Positions 54,339 through 64,000 of a stretch of DNA of 64,000 bases are shown piece by piece; position 1 is the first letter of the stretch, and every line of letters starts with the position of its first letter. Source of the DNA: Spirochaetia bacterium (GTDB taxonomy: Bacteria > Spirochaetota > Spirochaetia > SZUA-6 > Bin103); NCBI GenBank assembly GCA_965203905.1, contig CBDBDQ010000005.1:96001-160000 (forward strand), in the 5' to 3' direction. Under the pieces are notes generated by a model. The model saw only the letters and a list, made by a program, of their open reading frames with translations. It searched no databases and had not been told where the DNA came from. The position numbers and the translations under genes were made by a program.

Positions 54339-57300
54339 TCAGTCGAGCGGTTGGCGCAACAGCGCCAGCAGTTCCTCGGGGTCGAGCCGCGCCGGTGTGT
54401 CGCCCGCCTCCAGCAGGCGCTCCGCGAGGTCGCGCTTGCGGTGATGCAGATCGACAATCTGCTCCTCGATGGTGCCCTTGGTGACCAGGCGGTAGATGGT
54501 CACCGGGCGCGTCTGGCCGATGCGGTGGGCGCGATCCGAAGCCTGATCTTCCACCGCCGGGTTCCACCACGGGTCCATGTGAATGACGTAGTCGGCGGCG
54601 GTCAGGTTGAGCCCCACGCCGCCGGCCGTCAGCGAAATCAGGAACACGTCGCCCCGTCCCACCTGAAAGGCCGCGATGCGCTCGCGGCGTGCGGTGATGG
54701 AAGTGGCTCCGTCGAGATACTGGTAGCCGATCCCGGCCTCCTTCAGGTACGCCTCGATCAGCTTCAGATGGCCCACGAACTGCGAGAACACCAGCACCTT
54801 GTGGCGGCCGGCCAGCAGCTCGGCGAGGGTATCCCCGAACACGGCGAGCTTGGAGCTCGGCGGCGCCGTGGGCGGGTGCACCAGCGCGGGGTTGCAGCAG
54901 GCGCGACGCAGCCGCGTCAGGTGGGCGAGGATCTCGAATCGATCGGACCCGGGCGCGCCGGCGGCCAGCGCTTCCAGGTCCTCCACCGCGCGCCGGCGCA
55001 ACGCTTCGTAGAACGCCGCCTCGGCCGGCGACATCTCCACGTGCAACGTGATCTCGGTACGCGCCGGCAGGTCGTCCAGCACCTCCGTCTTCAGGCGGCG
55101 CAGGATGAACGGCGCCAGCAGGCGCCGCAACCGCTCCCGCACCGCGTCGTCGCGCCGTTCTTCGATGCTGGTTGCGAAGTTGCGCCGAAACTGTTTCAGC
55201 GACCCGAGGAGGCCGGGGTTGATGAAGCTGAACAGCGAATACAGGTCGGTCACGGCGTTCTGGACCGGCGTCCCCGTGGTCACCAGCCGGAAGGGAGCGG
55301 CGAGCGCGCGGGCGGCGCGGGCGCGCTTGGTGGCCGGATTCTTGATCGCCTGCGCCTCGTCGAGCACCGCGCTGTGCCAGGCGACGGCGGCGAGCCGTTC
55401 CGCGTCGCGGTGCAACAGGGCGTAGGTGGTGATCACCAGGTCGAACGGGCCGAGATCGTCGAGCAGGGAGGAACGGCCGGGGCCGGTGTAGGCGGACGCG
55501 TTCAGGGTGGGTGCAAACCGGCGTGCCTCGTCGAGCCAGTTGGCCACCACGGAAGTCGGCACCACCACCAGGGCCGGCCCGGCGGGAGCACGCTCCAGCA
55601 GCAGCGCCAGTACCTGCACCGTCTTGCCAAGCCCCATGTCATCCGCCAGACAGGCGCCCGCTCCCCAGCGGCTCAGGCGCGCCAGCCAGGCGAACCCCGC
55701 CCGCTGGTAGGGGCGCAGCTCGGCCTGCAGGGTGCTCGGCACCACCGGCTCGAACTCTTGCGCGTCCCGCAGCCGCCGCTGCAGCGCGCGCCACTGGCGG
55801 TCCGCGTCGAGCCGAGTCTGCTCGACGAACTCGTTCAGAGCGAGCGCTGCCACGGGTGGCACCCGCACCGCTCCCCGCGGCGCCGGGGACGACACGCTGC
55901 GCAGGTCGTCCAGTTGGCGGCGGAACGACGCGGTCAGGGAGAGGAACTGGCCCGCCCCGAGCTCCAGGAAGCGCGCACCGGGTTTGGCGTCCAGCAGCGC
56001 GAACAACTGTTTCAGATCGAGTGCACGCTGCTGATCGATGCGCAGTTCGCCGGAGGCGTACAGCCACTCGGCAGCGGTCTTGATCTGCAGCCTGAGCTGG
56101 CCGGTCGCGGCGCGCGCCACGATCTTGAACCGCTCTCCCTGCGGCCACAGGCAGCGCGCATCTGCCGCCTCCAGTTGCTCCAGCAGCTCGAGTGCGGCAG
56201 TCGGATCGGGAAACTCGGCCGACCACTGTCCCGGACCAACGCCGGAGAGCTCCGAGCAGGCCGCCGCCAGACGCCCGGCAGCCGTCAACTCGGCGCCGAG
56301 GTCGCGTTGCGCCTGTACCGTTTCACCACCAAGCTGGCCGAACACCAGGGTGCCCCCCACGCCGGGAGCGAACCTGGTCTCGGAGCCCGCGACCGGCTCG
56401 ACCACCAGTTCCGCGGTCAGTCCGGTTCGGTGCGGCTCCAGCCGCACGCGCGGCTCCGGATCCGCCTCGATGCGGCGCGCGGAGCGCGCTCCGCCCTCGA
56501 CCCCACCGTGAACGCGCACCTCCGACGCCAGCGCGGAGACCGCCTCCAACAGGCGTGGCCGGGCGCTTGCCGGCAACTCCAGTCCTCCCGGCGGGACAAT
56601 CTCCAGCAAGCGCCGGTGAGCGGGCGTGAAGCGCATCACCTCGCAGCGCCGCGCGTCCGCCATGCGCACGTAGTAGTGCTCCTCCTCCCAGTCGTCAGGA
56701 ACGACGGCGGCGCGAATGCCGCCGGGGTGTTGCTCGATGACCAGCTCCGGCTCGTCCCGCACCACTTCGACGCTGTCGCCGGCCTGGTTGAAAACGTGCG
56801 GATGGCCGGCAAGCTCGAACAGCAGCGGGGCGGGCGAAAAATAGTGCCCCGCGCGCAGGCCCTGCTGTTTGATCAGCGCCGCTACGGCGCGGTCCTGGGC
56901 CTGCGCCAACTCCTCCGTCTCGGCGGCGGCGAGCCACTGCAAGGACCGGGAGCGGCCCTTCGACCAGGTGCCGTTGCGATAGCCGCGCTGTTCCCGCGGG
57001 GTCACGCTGACCTGACCGCCTTCGACCGCCAGATCCCAGACCAGCCGGCTGCGGCCGCCGGAAACCGGCCGCGCGGCCGCCGGCCGCCGCTTGTTGCGGG
57101 TCTCGAAAGCGAACTGCTCCAGCGCCTTGAGGGAGAACTCCCAGCCGGGCACCGTGGCGGGCACCAGGGTGGTCAACGTCTGCGTACCGAGCTGGCGGTG
57201 CATCGCCGCGGCCTGCCGCGCGGCCGCCGGAGCCGCGCGGCCGCCGGCTGCCAGCTTGGGACCGGCGCAGCCGATAATGGCGAGACACTCGGCCAGCAGC

Positions 57301-58541
57301 CAGGCGAAACCGTGGGCCGTGAGCCGCTCCACGTAACTGCTGAACGCGGCCGGTGCCGCGGGCGGCAGGAGGGACCGGGCAGGCTGCTCCCAGCAGTAGG
57401 CCCAACCGTTGAGCAGCGCGCCCAGGTGCGGCTCGATTTCGATCTCCCGCCGGGGAGAGTACCCGGCACGCAGTTCGGCGGCACAGGCGACGGTATCGAC
57501 GATCGCCGGGTCCAGGCTCAGGCGCCGGGCGGTAGTCAGGAGTCCCTGGAGCAGGCTTCTGGTGGCCGGCGTATCGCTGCGCACGAGGGACAGCAGGGAG
57601 AGGGCGAACGGTGCCGACTGCGGAAACACGGCGCGCTTCCTGGTGCCCGCCTTCTGCGCGGCGATGGCTTCCTCTATCGAGCGCAGCGCCAGGTCGTCGT
57701 CGCCACGCAGGGTCGCAACCAGGGCGCGCACGGCGGCGCGGTCGATGCGGATCGGCTTCGCGTCCTGCAGGTCGTCGGGGAGCTCCCCGAAGATCGCCTC
57801 CGCGACTTCCAGCCGCCCCTGCAGAATGCGGATCAGGGCGATATCCACTGCAAACCGGGCGAGACCAGGGCCGGGGGTGAGCTCGCGGCAGGCTGCGACG
57901 ATCGGATCGGGGAACGTGGCGAAGTTGATCACCGCGTTGAGGCATGCTGCGAGCGCAGGTTCCCGGTGCTGCCCGGGCAGGGTGGCCAACAGTTCCGCCG
58001 CCCCCGGCCGGGCCAGAAACGTCCAGCTCTGCGGAGCGACCTGTTCGGGCAGGAGATCGAAGTGGCCGGCAACGGTAGCGAAACGCAACTCCGCCAGCTC
58101 GCGTCGCGATGGCCGCTCCCAGTAGTGCGGATAGTAGGAGGGCGGCTGCTCCTCGCAGGCCGCCCAGAGCCGCTCCAGCAGGTCCTGGCGATGCGCCTCC
58201 ATGGTCAGCCACGACATCCAGTCCGGGACGGCCGTGACCTGGGAACTGAAGCCGGACTCGGTCAGGAGTCCGCGCCGCTTCAGTCCCTCGCAGGCGTCCT
58301 CCACGGCCGCGACCGTGAGCGGCCGCCGCCCCTGCCCCAACTCGGCGCTGCGCAGCATGCGGGCCAGTTGCCTGGGCTCGTAGGGGACGGGGCTCACGAC
58401 GCCGCAGATCAGCGCCGTAAGCCGTTCTTCCGGCGACAGGGCCCGGAACGCAGCCTGCAGGTCGGGCGGATCAGGTTTCGGAAAGTTCAACACCACACCG
58501 GGTAACGGCACACGCCGACGAAGGCTGGAACCTCGCACCAC
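54339..58541 (-). CDS. SNF2-family DEAD/H helicase, about 1400 aa
   Basis: LRPYQ, LADDMGLGKT, DEAQ, TGTPVQN, LVFSQF, GVGLNL, QASDRAHRIGQ. Confidence 0.95.
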   Translation of the reverse strand: MVRGSSLRRRVPLPGVVLNFPKPDPPDLQAAFRALSPEERLTALICGVVSPVPYEPRQLARMLRSAELGQGRRPLTVAAVEDACEGLKRRGLLTESGFSSQVTAVPDWMSWLTMEAHRQDLLERLWAACEEQPPSYYPHYWERPSRRELAELRFATVAGHFDLLPEQVAPQSWTFLARPGAAELLATLPGQHREPALAACLNAVINFATFPDPIVAACRELTPGPGLARFAVDIALIRILQGRLEVAEAIFGELPDDLQDAKPIRIDRAAVRALVATLRGDDDLALRSIEEAIAAQKAGTRKRAVFPQSAPFALSLLSLVRSDTPATRSLLQGLLTTARRLSLDPAIVDTVACAAELRAGYSPRREIEIEPHLGALLNGWAYCWEQPARSLLPPAAPAAFSSYVERLTAHGFAWLLAECLAIIGCAGPKLAAGGRAAPAAARQAAAMHRQLGTQTLTTLVPATVPGWEFSLKALEQFAFETRNKRRPAAARPVSGGRSRLVWDLAVEGGQVSVTPREQRGYRNGTWSKGRSRSLQWLAAAETEELAQAQDRAVAALIKQQGLRAGHYFSPAPLLFELAGHPHVFNQAGDSVEVVRDEPELVIEQHPGGIRAAVVPDDWEEEHYYVRMADARRCEVMRFTPAHRRLLEIVPPGGLELPASARPRLLEAVSALASEVRVHGGVEGGARSARRIEADPEPRVRLEPHRTGLTAELVVEPVAGSETRFAPGVGGTLVFGQLGGETVQAQRDLGAELTAAGRLAAACSELSGVGPGQWSAEFPDPTAALELLEQLEAADARCLWPQGERFKIVARAATGQLRLQIKTAAEWLYASGELRIDQQRALDLKQLFALLDAKPGARFLELGAGQFLSLTASFRRQLDDLRSVSSPAPRGAVRVPPVAALALNEFVEQTRLDADRQWRALQRRLRDAQEFEPVVPSTLQAELRPYQRAGFAWLARLSRWGAGACLADDMGLGKTVQVLALLLERAPAGPALVVVPTSVVANWLDEARRFAPTLNASAYTGPGRSSLLDDLGPFDLVITTYALLHRDAERLAAVAWHSAVLDEAQAIKNPATKRARAARALAAPFRLVTTGTPVQNAVTDLYSLFSFINPGLLGSLKQFRRNFATSIEERRDDAVRERLRRLLAPFILRRLKTEVLDDLPARTEITLHVEMSPAEAAFYEALRRRAVEDLEALAAGAPGSDRFEILAHLTRLRRACCNPALVHPPTAPPSSKLAVFGDTLAELLAGRHKVLVFSQFVGHLKLIEAYLKEAGIGYQYLDGATSITARRERIAAFQVGRGDVFLISLTAGGVGLNLTAADYVIHMDPWWNPAVEDQASDRAHRIGQTRPVTIYRLVTKGTIEEQIVDLHHRKRDLAERLLEAGDTPARLDPEELLALLRQPLD

Positions 58542-58567
58542 TCGACGGCCGACGCGCTGTCGGCGTC

Positions 58568-58573
58568 ATTATA
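58568..58573 (-). promoter_or_regulatory. -10 box for the SNF2 gene
   Basis: Perfect TATAAT on the minus strand in the divergent SNF2/gcvT intergenic region. Confidence 0.55.
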
Positions 58574-58656
58574 CCGCCTGGCGGCGCGCCACTGGGCACG
58601 GTGCCGTCCCCGTCGCCGGTTGGCGCGGGTGCGCGCGATGCGGTATTAGTGGACCA

Positions 58657-59757
58657 GTGAGTCGCCTGCGACGAACTCCCCTACACGCGGCGCACGAACG
58701 CCTCGGTGCGCGCATGGTGCCGTTCGCCGGTTGGAGCATGCCGGTTCAGTACACCGGGATCATCGCCGAGCACCGCACCGTCCGCAGCGCCGCCGGCCTG
58801 TTCGACGTCTGCCACATGGGCGAGCTGGACTGCACCGGCCCGGCAGCCGCCGCCTGCGTTGCGCGGCTTACCTGCGTGGCGGTGGAACGACTCGCGGCAG
58901 GTCAGGCGCGCTATGCGATGATCCTCAACCAGGCGGGCGGCATCATCGACGACGTGATCGTGTACCGGCTGGACGACCAGCGGTACCGGATCGTGATCAA
59001 CGCCGCCAACGCCGCCGCGGTGGCCGATCACGCGCGAACGGTTGCCGCCGGCACCGCCGCCGAACTCCGCGACTCCAGCGCCGAACTGGGCCTGCTGGCG
59101 ATCCAGGGACCGCGCGCCGTGGACATTGTGCAGCGCATGGCGGACATCGATGCGGCCGCGGTCGGCCGCTACCGCTGCCGGAGCGCCGAGGTAGCCGGAG
59201 TGGCAGTGCTGCTGGCGCGTACCGGGTACACCGGCGAGGACGGCTTCGAGTTGTTCGTCGCGGCCGAGGAGGCGGAGAAGCTGTGGTCGCGCCTGCTCGA
59301 AGCGGGCGCCGCTGTCGGCCTGGTACCCGCCGGACTCGGGGCGCGCGATACGCTGCGGCTGGAGGCGGCGTTGCCCCTCTACGGCAACGAACTGAGCCGC
59401 CAGGTCTCCCCCTTGGAGGTGGGCCTCGGACGCTTCGTAGCCAAGACGGGCCGCTACATCGGAGCGGCGGCGATCCGCCGGCAGCGCGCGGAGGGAGTGC
59501 CACGCGCGCTGGCCCATCTGCAGTTGCACGGTCGTGCCGTGGCGCGCGCCGGCTGTGCCGTCACCACCGCGGAGGGCGAGCCGGTCGGCGGCGTAACCAG
59601 CGGCAGCTATGGGCCATGGCTGGAACGCAGCTTGGCAATGGGGCTGGTTGCACGGCAGCATGCGACGGTCGGCGGCGAACTGGCGGTGGTGATTCGCGAC
59701 CGCCCGCACGCCGCCACCGTGGTCCGGCGGCCATTCTATCAGCGGGAGGGCGGATGA
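58657..59757 (+). CDS. gcvT: glycine cleavage system aminomethyltransferase T
   Basis: GLFDVCHMG, ARTGYTGEDGFE, GLGARDTLRLEA. Confidence 0.97.
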   Translation: MSRLRRTPLHAAHERLGARMVPFAGWSMPVQYTGIIAEHRTVRSAAGLFDVCHMGELDCTGPAAAACVARLTCVAVERLAAGQARYAMILNQAGGIIDDVIVYRLDDQRYRIVINAANAAAVADHARTVAAGTAAELRDSSAELGLLAIQGPRAVDIVQRMADIDAAAVGRYRCRSAEVAGVAVLLARTGYTGEDGFELFVAAEEAEKLWSRLLEAGAAVGLVPAGLGARDTLRLEAALPLYGNELSRQVSPLEVGLGRFVAKTGRYIGAAAIRRQRAEGVPRALAHLQLHGRAVARAGCAVTTAEGEPVGGVTSGSYGPWLERSLAMGLVARQHATVGGELAVVIRDRPHAATVVRRPFYQREGG

Positions 59758-60137
59758 ACATTCCGGAACAGTTGCGTTACACGGCCGAACACGAGTGGGT
59801 GCGCGACGAGCAGGACAGCACGGTTACCATCGGCATCACCGACCACGCCCAGGCCGAGCTCGGCGATATCGTATACGTGGAGTTGCCGGCGGTGGGGGCC
59901 GAGATCACCCAGGGTGACTCCTTCGGTGTGATCGAGAGCGTCAAGGCGGCCAGCGACCTGTTTGCGCCGGTCAGCGGCACCGTAACCGCGGTGAACGGCG
60001 ACCTGGAGTCCGCGCCGCAGCAGGTCAACGAAGACCCCTACGGCGCGGGCTGGCTGATCAAGGTGCAACCCAGCCGCCTCGCCGCCGAGCGCGCCGCGCT
60101 GCTCGATGGTGCCGGCTACCGCCAGCTCCTGCCGTAA
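59754..60137 (+). CDS. gcvH: glycine cleavage system H protein
   Basis: EHEW, IESVKAASD (lipoyl Lys), DPYGAGW. Confidence 0.97.
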   Translation: MNIPEQLRYTAEHEWVRDEQDSTVTIGITDHAQAELGDIVYVELPAVGAEITQGDSFGVIESVKAASDLFAPVSGTVTAVNGDLESAPQQVNEDPYGAGWLIKVQPSRLAAERAALLDGAGYRQLLP

Positions 60138-60148
60138 ACGGGTGCCGG

Positions 60149-61501
60149 ATGCGCTACGCCCCCCACACCGAAGCCGAGCTGGCGGCGATGCTGGAGACCA
60201 TCGGCGTGGATTCGGTCGAGGAGCTGTTCGCCGACGTGCCGCACGCGCATCGGTTCCCGCGACTCGACTTGCCGGAGGGAATGAGCGAGCCCGAGGTAGC
60301 GGCGTTATTCCGGCGCCATGCGGGGGCCAACGGGGCACTCGACACCCATAGCTGCTTCCTCGGCGCCGGCGCCTACCACCACTACACGCCGGCGGTGGTG
60401 CCGCACCTGCTGTTCCGGAGCGAGCTGTATACCGCCTACACGCCCTATCAACCGGAGGTGAGCCAGGGGACGCTGCAGACCATCTTCGAGTTTCAGACCA
60501 TGGTCGCCCGCCTGTTCGGGATGGAGGTGGCCAACGCGTCGCTGTACGACGGCTCCACGGCTCTGGCCGAGGCCGCGCTGATGGCCGCCCGGCTGCGTGC
60601 GGGGCGGCGCACGGTGGTGGTCAGCGAGGCGGTCCATCCGGAGTACCGGCAGGTGCTGGCCACCTATCTGTCGGGGATCGGCCTGCGCATTGTCACCGTC
60701 CCCTTCGATCGGGAGACCGGCGAAACCGACCGCGGTGCCCTGTCCGGCGTGCTCGACGCCGACACCGCGGCCGTGCTGACCCAATACCCGAATTTCCTCG
60801 GAGTGATCGAGCCGCTGGCCGAGCTGGTCGAGATGGCCCACGCCGCGGGCGCACTGGCGGTGGCGTCCGCCGACCCGGTAGCCATGGCCATGCTGCGCCC
60901 GCCGGGCGAGTTGGGCGTGGACATCGCCACCGCCGAGGGCCAGCCGCTCGGCATACCGCTGTTCTACGGAGGCCCCTACGTCGGCCTGCTGGCCACGTCG
61001 ATGCGCAACGTGCGGCAGATGCCGGGGCGTCTGGCGGGGGTGGCGCACGACGCCGCCGGCCGGCGCGGGTTCGTGCTTACCCTCAAGCCGCGGGAGCAGG
61101 ACATCCGCCGCGAACGCGCCACCAGCAACATCTGCACCAACGAAGCGCTGATCGCCACTGCCGTTGCCATCTACCTGGCTGCGCTCGGTCCGAACGGGCT
61201 GCAGGAGGTGGCCGACCAATGCTACCATCGCTCGCACTACCTGCAAGCCGAACTGGCGCGGCTGCCCGGCTTCAGCCTGCGATTCTCGGGGCGGTATCTG
61301 CGCGAATTCGCGTTGCGTACGCCGCGACCCCCGGCACACATCAACCGCCGGCTCTGGGAACAGCACGGCATCGTCGGCGGGCTGGATCTGGGACGCTTCG
61401 GCCTCGGGCTGGACGACTGCTGGCTGCTGACGGCGACCGAGTTGAACTCGCGCGCCGACATCGAGCGGCTGGCGACCGCCCTGGCGGAGGCGCCGGCGTG
61501 A
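60149..61501 (+). CDS. gcvPA: glycine dehydrogenase subunit 1
   Basis: YTPYQPEVSQG, NASLYDG, RRERATSNICTN. Confidence 0.97.
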   Translation: MRYAPHTEAELAAMLETIGVDSVEELFADVPHAHRFPRLDLPEGMSEPEVAALFRRHAGANGALDTHSCFLGAGAYHHYTPAVVPHLLFRSELYTAYTPYQPEVSQGTLQTIFEFQTMVARLFGMEVANASLYDGSTALAEAALMAARLRAGRRTVVVSEAVHPEYRQVLATYLSGIGLRIVTVPFDRETGETDRGALSGVLDADTAAVLTQYPNFLGVIEPLAELVEMAHAAGALAVASADPVAMAMLRPPGELGVDIATAEGQPLGIPLFYGGPYVGLLATSMRNVRQMPGRLAGVAHDAAGRRGFVLTLKPREQDIRRERATSNICTNEALIATAVAIYLAALGPNGLQEVADQCYHRSHYLQAELARLPGFSLRFSGRYLREFALRTPRPPAHINRRLWEQHGIVGGLDLGRFGLGLDDCWLLTATELNSRADIERLATALAEAPA

Positions 61502-63057
61502 CCGCCAGACGCAACTCCGGCAACGGAGACCGCGGACCCACCGCCACGGCGGGAGCGCACGAAGCGCGGATGGGCCCGGTTCCCGCGCCGCCCGGGGCCG
61601 GGCTGCTGCCGGACCAACCGCTGCTGTTCGAGCAGTCGGTTCCCGGTCGTCGGGGGTTGCAGCTTCCGGCGCTTGATGTGCCGCGCGCCACGCCGCTCCC
61701 GGCCGCGTTGCTGCGCACCGAGCTGCCGCTGCCGGAACTCTCGGAGCCGGAGGTGGTGCGCCACTTCACCAACACCTCGCGGCGCAACTTCTCGATCGAC
61801 CAGGGCTTCTACCCGCTCGGCTCGTGCACCATGAAGTACAACCCCAAGATCAACGACCGCGTCGCCGATCTGCCGGGGCTGGCCCTGATCCACCCCTACC
61901 AGGACGAGACCACGGTACCCGGCATGCTGCGCCTGCTCGGCGAGCTGCAGGAGTGGCTGGGCGAGATCGCCGGGTTGCCGGCGGTGTCACTGCAGCCCTC
62001 TGCCGGCGCCCACGGCGAACTGACCGGAGCGCTGATCATCCGCGCCCGGCATGAGGCCGCCGGCCGGCAGCGCACCACGATGCTGGTGCCCGACTCCGCC
62101 CATGGCACCAACCCCGCCACCGTGACGATGGTTGGCTACCGCACCCGCACGGTGCCGACCGGCCCTCGCGGCAACCTCGACTTCGGCGCGCTCCAGGAGG
62201 CGCTGGACGACGATGTCGCCGGCCTGATGATCACCAACCCGAATACGCTTGGGCTGTTCGAGGAACGCATCCTGGAGACGGCCGAAGCAGTGCACGCGGT
62301 CGGCGGGCTGATCTACATGGACGGTGCCAACATGAACGCCATGCTCGGTGCCGCCCGTCCCGGCGACCTGGGGATGGACATCCTGCACTTCAACCTGCAC
62401 AAGACCTTCAGCGTCCCGCACGGCGGCGGCGGCCCCGGCGCGGGGGCGATCGCGGTCACCGCGGAGCTGGCTCCGTTCCTTCCGGAACCGGTGCTGTGCC
62501 GCCGGGGCGATGACTTCCGTTACGACTACGACCGCCCGCAGTCGATCGGCCGTGTGCGCGCCTTCCACGGCAACGTCAACAACGCCGTGCGCGGCTACGC
62601 CTACCTTCGCTCGCTGGGCGGCGACGGCCTCGCCGAGGTCAGCCGCCTGGCGGTGGTAAACGCCAATTACGTACGCGTGCGCCTGCAGGAGGTGCTGGAG
62701 GTGCCGTTCCCGCGCGCCTGCAAGCACGAGGTGGTGTTCAGCGCCCGTCAACTCGCCGCGGAGCACCAGGTGAGCACCCTGGACCTCGCCAAGCGGCTGA
62801 TCGACTACGGCATCCACCCACCGACCATCTACTTCCCCCTCACCGTGCCGGAAGCGCTGATGGTCGAACCGACCGAGACCGAGTCCAAGGCCACCCTCGA
62901 CCACTTCGTCGCCGCGCTGCGCGCCATCCTGGAAGAGGCCGCCGCCAACCCCGACCTGGTGCGCGAAGCGCCCCACTCCACCCCGCTCGGCCGCCTCGAC
63001 GAGGTCACCGCCGCCCGCCGCCCAATCCTGGTCTGGCCCCACGACCAGGCAACCTGA
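61498..63057 (+). CDS. gcvPB: glycine dehydrogenase subunit 2
   Basis: PLGSCTMKYNP, HFNLHKTF..PHGGGGPG, EPTETESK. Confidence 0.97.
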   Translation: MTARRNSGNGDRGPTATAGAHEARMGPVPAPPGAGLLPDQPLLFEQSVPGRRGLQLPALDVPRATPLPAALLRTELPLPELSEPEVVRHFTNTSRRNFSIDQGFYPLGSCTMKYNPKINDRVADLPGLALIHPYQDETTVPGMLRLLGELQEWLGEIAGLPAVSLQPSAGAHGELTGALIIRARHEAAGRQRTTMLVPDSAHGTNPATVTMVGYRTRTVPTGPRGNLDFGALQEALDDDVAGLMITNPNTLGLFEERILETAEAVHAVGGLIYMDGANMNAMLGAARPGDLGMDILHFNLHKTFSVPHGGGGPGAGAIAVTAELAPFLPEPVLCRRGDDFRYDYDRPQSIGRVRAFHGNVNNAVRGYAYLRSLGGDGLAEVSRLAVVNANYVRVRLQEVLEVPFPRACKHEVVFSARQLAAEHQVSTLDLAKRLIDYGIHPPTIYFPLTVPEALMVEPTETESKATLDHFVAALRAILEEAAANPDLVREAPHSTPLGRLDEVTAARRPILVWPHDQAT

Positions 63058-63077
63058 CCCTCGGGGAAATAAGAACG

Positions 63078-63452
63078 CTACGCTTCGGCGTCAGGTCTAA
63101 CAGCCCGGCCCCGTATCCGCACTCTACCTGGAGAAATGACGCTGAAAGCAGCAACGAGCTCGTCGCCGCGGCTACCCAACACGGACGACACCATGTTCGC
63201 TTTCACGTCGGCAGACAACCCTGCGAGACGAACGAGCACGACACCGGTAGCGATCCGACCCATACGAAAAACAAGCTCGCCGAAGTCTTTGTCCGACGTG
63301 ATCAGCAAGGCTCCGCTTCGATTGGCTGTATCCAATACAGCATCATCATCGATCCCCGGGTCCAACTCGGCAATATAGAACACAGCGTGTCCGTCCTGGC
63401 GTAGACGCTCGACAATGGGACTATCCACACTCTCGTCTGCAACGAGGTTCAT
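63078..63452 (-). CDS. DUF5615 PIN-like toxin (VapC45-like)
   Basis: LVADESV, DDDAVL, LITSDKDFGELV. Confidence 0.9.
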   Translation of the reverse strand: MNLVADESVDSPIVERLRQDGHAVFYIAELDPGIDDDAVLDTANRSGALLITSDKDFGELVFRMGRIATGVVLVRLAGLSADVKANMVSSVLGSRGDELVAAFSVISPGRVRIRGRAVRPDAEA

Positions 63453-63685
63453 CCACTCTCGACCGTTACGGGATATACCACATCGGCTCGCAAGACTTCC
63501 GCGGCGAAACTCAACGCGGCCAGCACCCCTTCCTTTGTCAGCCTAGGATACGCGTCCAGAATCTGCTCGATAGTCTCACCTGCGGACAATCTTTCGAGAA
63601 TCAGTTCAACGGTAATGCGTGTTCCGGCGATTACGGGCTTCCCCATCATGACCGCCGGATTGGATTCTACAAACTCAGCCATCAT
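63449..63685 (-). CDS. DUF433 antitoxin
   Basis: GKPVIAGTRITVELIL...YPRL; ATGA overlap with the toxin. Confidence 0.92.
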   Translation of the reverse strand: MMAEFVESNPAVMMGKPVIAGTRITVELILERLSAGETIEQILDAYPRLTKEGVLAALSFAAEVLRADVVYPVTVESG

Positions 63686-63717
63686 CAATACTCTACTCCT
63701 TGAACTGTTGACGCGCG

Positions 63718-64000
63718 CTACAGGATCTGGCTGAGGAAGAGCTTGGTGCGGTCGGACTGGGGGTTGTTGAAGAACTCGTCGGGGGTGTTCTGCTCGACGA
63801 TCTGGCCCTCGTCCATCAGCATCACCCGGTCGGCGACCTGGGAGGCGAAGCCCATCTCGTGGGTCACCACCAGCATGGTCATGCCCGATTCGGCGACGTC
63901 CACCATCACGTCGAGCACTTCCTTGATCATCTCGGGGTCCAGCGCCGAGGTGGGCTCGTCGAACAGCATGATCTTGGGACGCATGCACAGCGAGCGGGCG
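63718..64000 (-). CDS. polar amino acid ABC transporter ATP-binding protein (3' part)
   Basis: [22 protein letters not shown]. Confidence 0.95.
   Translation of the reverse strand, partial: ARSLCMRPKIMLFDEPTSALDPEMIKEVLDVMVDVAESGMTMLVVTHEMGFASQVADRVMLMDEGQIVEQNTPDEFFNNPQSDRTKLFLSQIL

Noticed and set aside
54210-58505. 1431-aa plus-strand ORF opposite SNF2, and similar long antisense or alternate-frame ORFs (4830-6953, 13265-15409, 21843-23984, 32613-34427, 51932-53785)
   Set aside because: Shadow ORFs expected in high-GC DNA with strong codon bias; no recognisable motifs, and the opposite strand carries clear genes.
58542-58656. Glycine riboswitch upstream of gcvT
   Set aside because: Only about 115 nt shared with a divergent promoter, and no GGAGA/CCGAAG/CTCAGG aptamer motifs.
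63078-63685. DUF433/DUF5615 pair as a novel system
   Set aside because: Known, common VapBC45-like toxin-antitoxin arrangement.
1-64000. tRNA, rRNA or other structured RNA genes
   Set aside because: None recognised by eye in the short intergenic regions; an Infernal or tRNAscan run would be needed to exclude them.

Overview
High-GC bacterial chromosomal window with about 55 genes and gene remnants. I found no rRNA, tRNA, CRISPR array or transposase. The backbone is catabolic and housekeeping: two carbohydrate ABC importer sets, three Cys-type sulfatases, GH172 and GH32 hydrolases, seven Gfo/Idh/MocA oxidoreductases, three PhyH-type dioxygenases, an aldolase, rph, a TrmJ-like methylase, pgl, a SNF2 helicase and gcvT-H-PA-PB. 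The solute-binding protein signal peptides (..FAAGEAE.., ..FASGAEE..) and the gene mix suggest a Spirochaetota-like, possibly sponge-associated symbiont; this is inference only. Less GC-rich defence and toxin-antitoxin genes are scattered between the operons, and many are decayed: an McrB/McrC remnant, HEPN-MNT, DUF6338 plus a peptide, HTH-Fic, an orphan MNT, an ATPase-TOPRIM fusion, a WYL/Zn-ribbon fragment, GmrSD, an ABC-type ATPase, an AAA/PD-(D/E)xK pseudogene and DUF433/DUF5615. Most notable observations: (1) a tightly spaced ABC-ATPase, PhyH-HEAT dioxygenase, GmrSD trio in a 34.4-40.9 kb defence hotspot; (2) a K+ channel homolog with a non-canonical TTLGYDD filter; (3) an 18-nt in-frame palindromic insertion in a coding sequence; (4) an unannotated Pro/Gly-rich peptide coupled to DUF6338; (5) an operator-like repeat array before a His-less Fic gene; (6) recurrent TAnnnT boxes 6-9 nt before start codons, suggesting leaderless mRNAs. 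All family calls come from motif recognition by eye; no searches were run.
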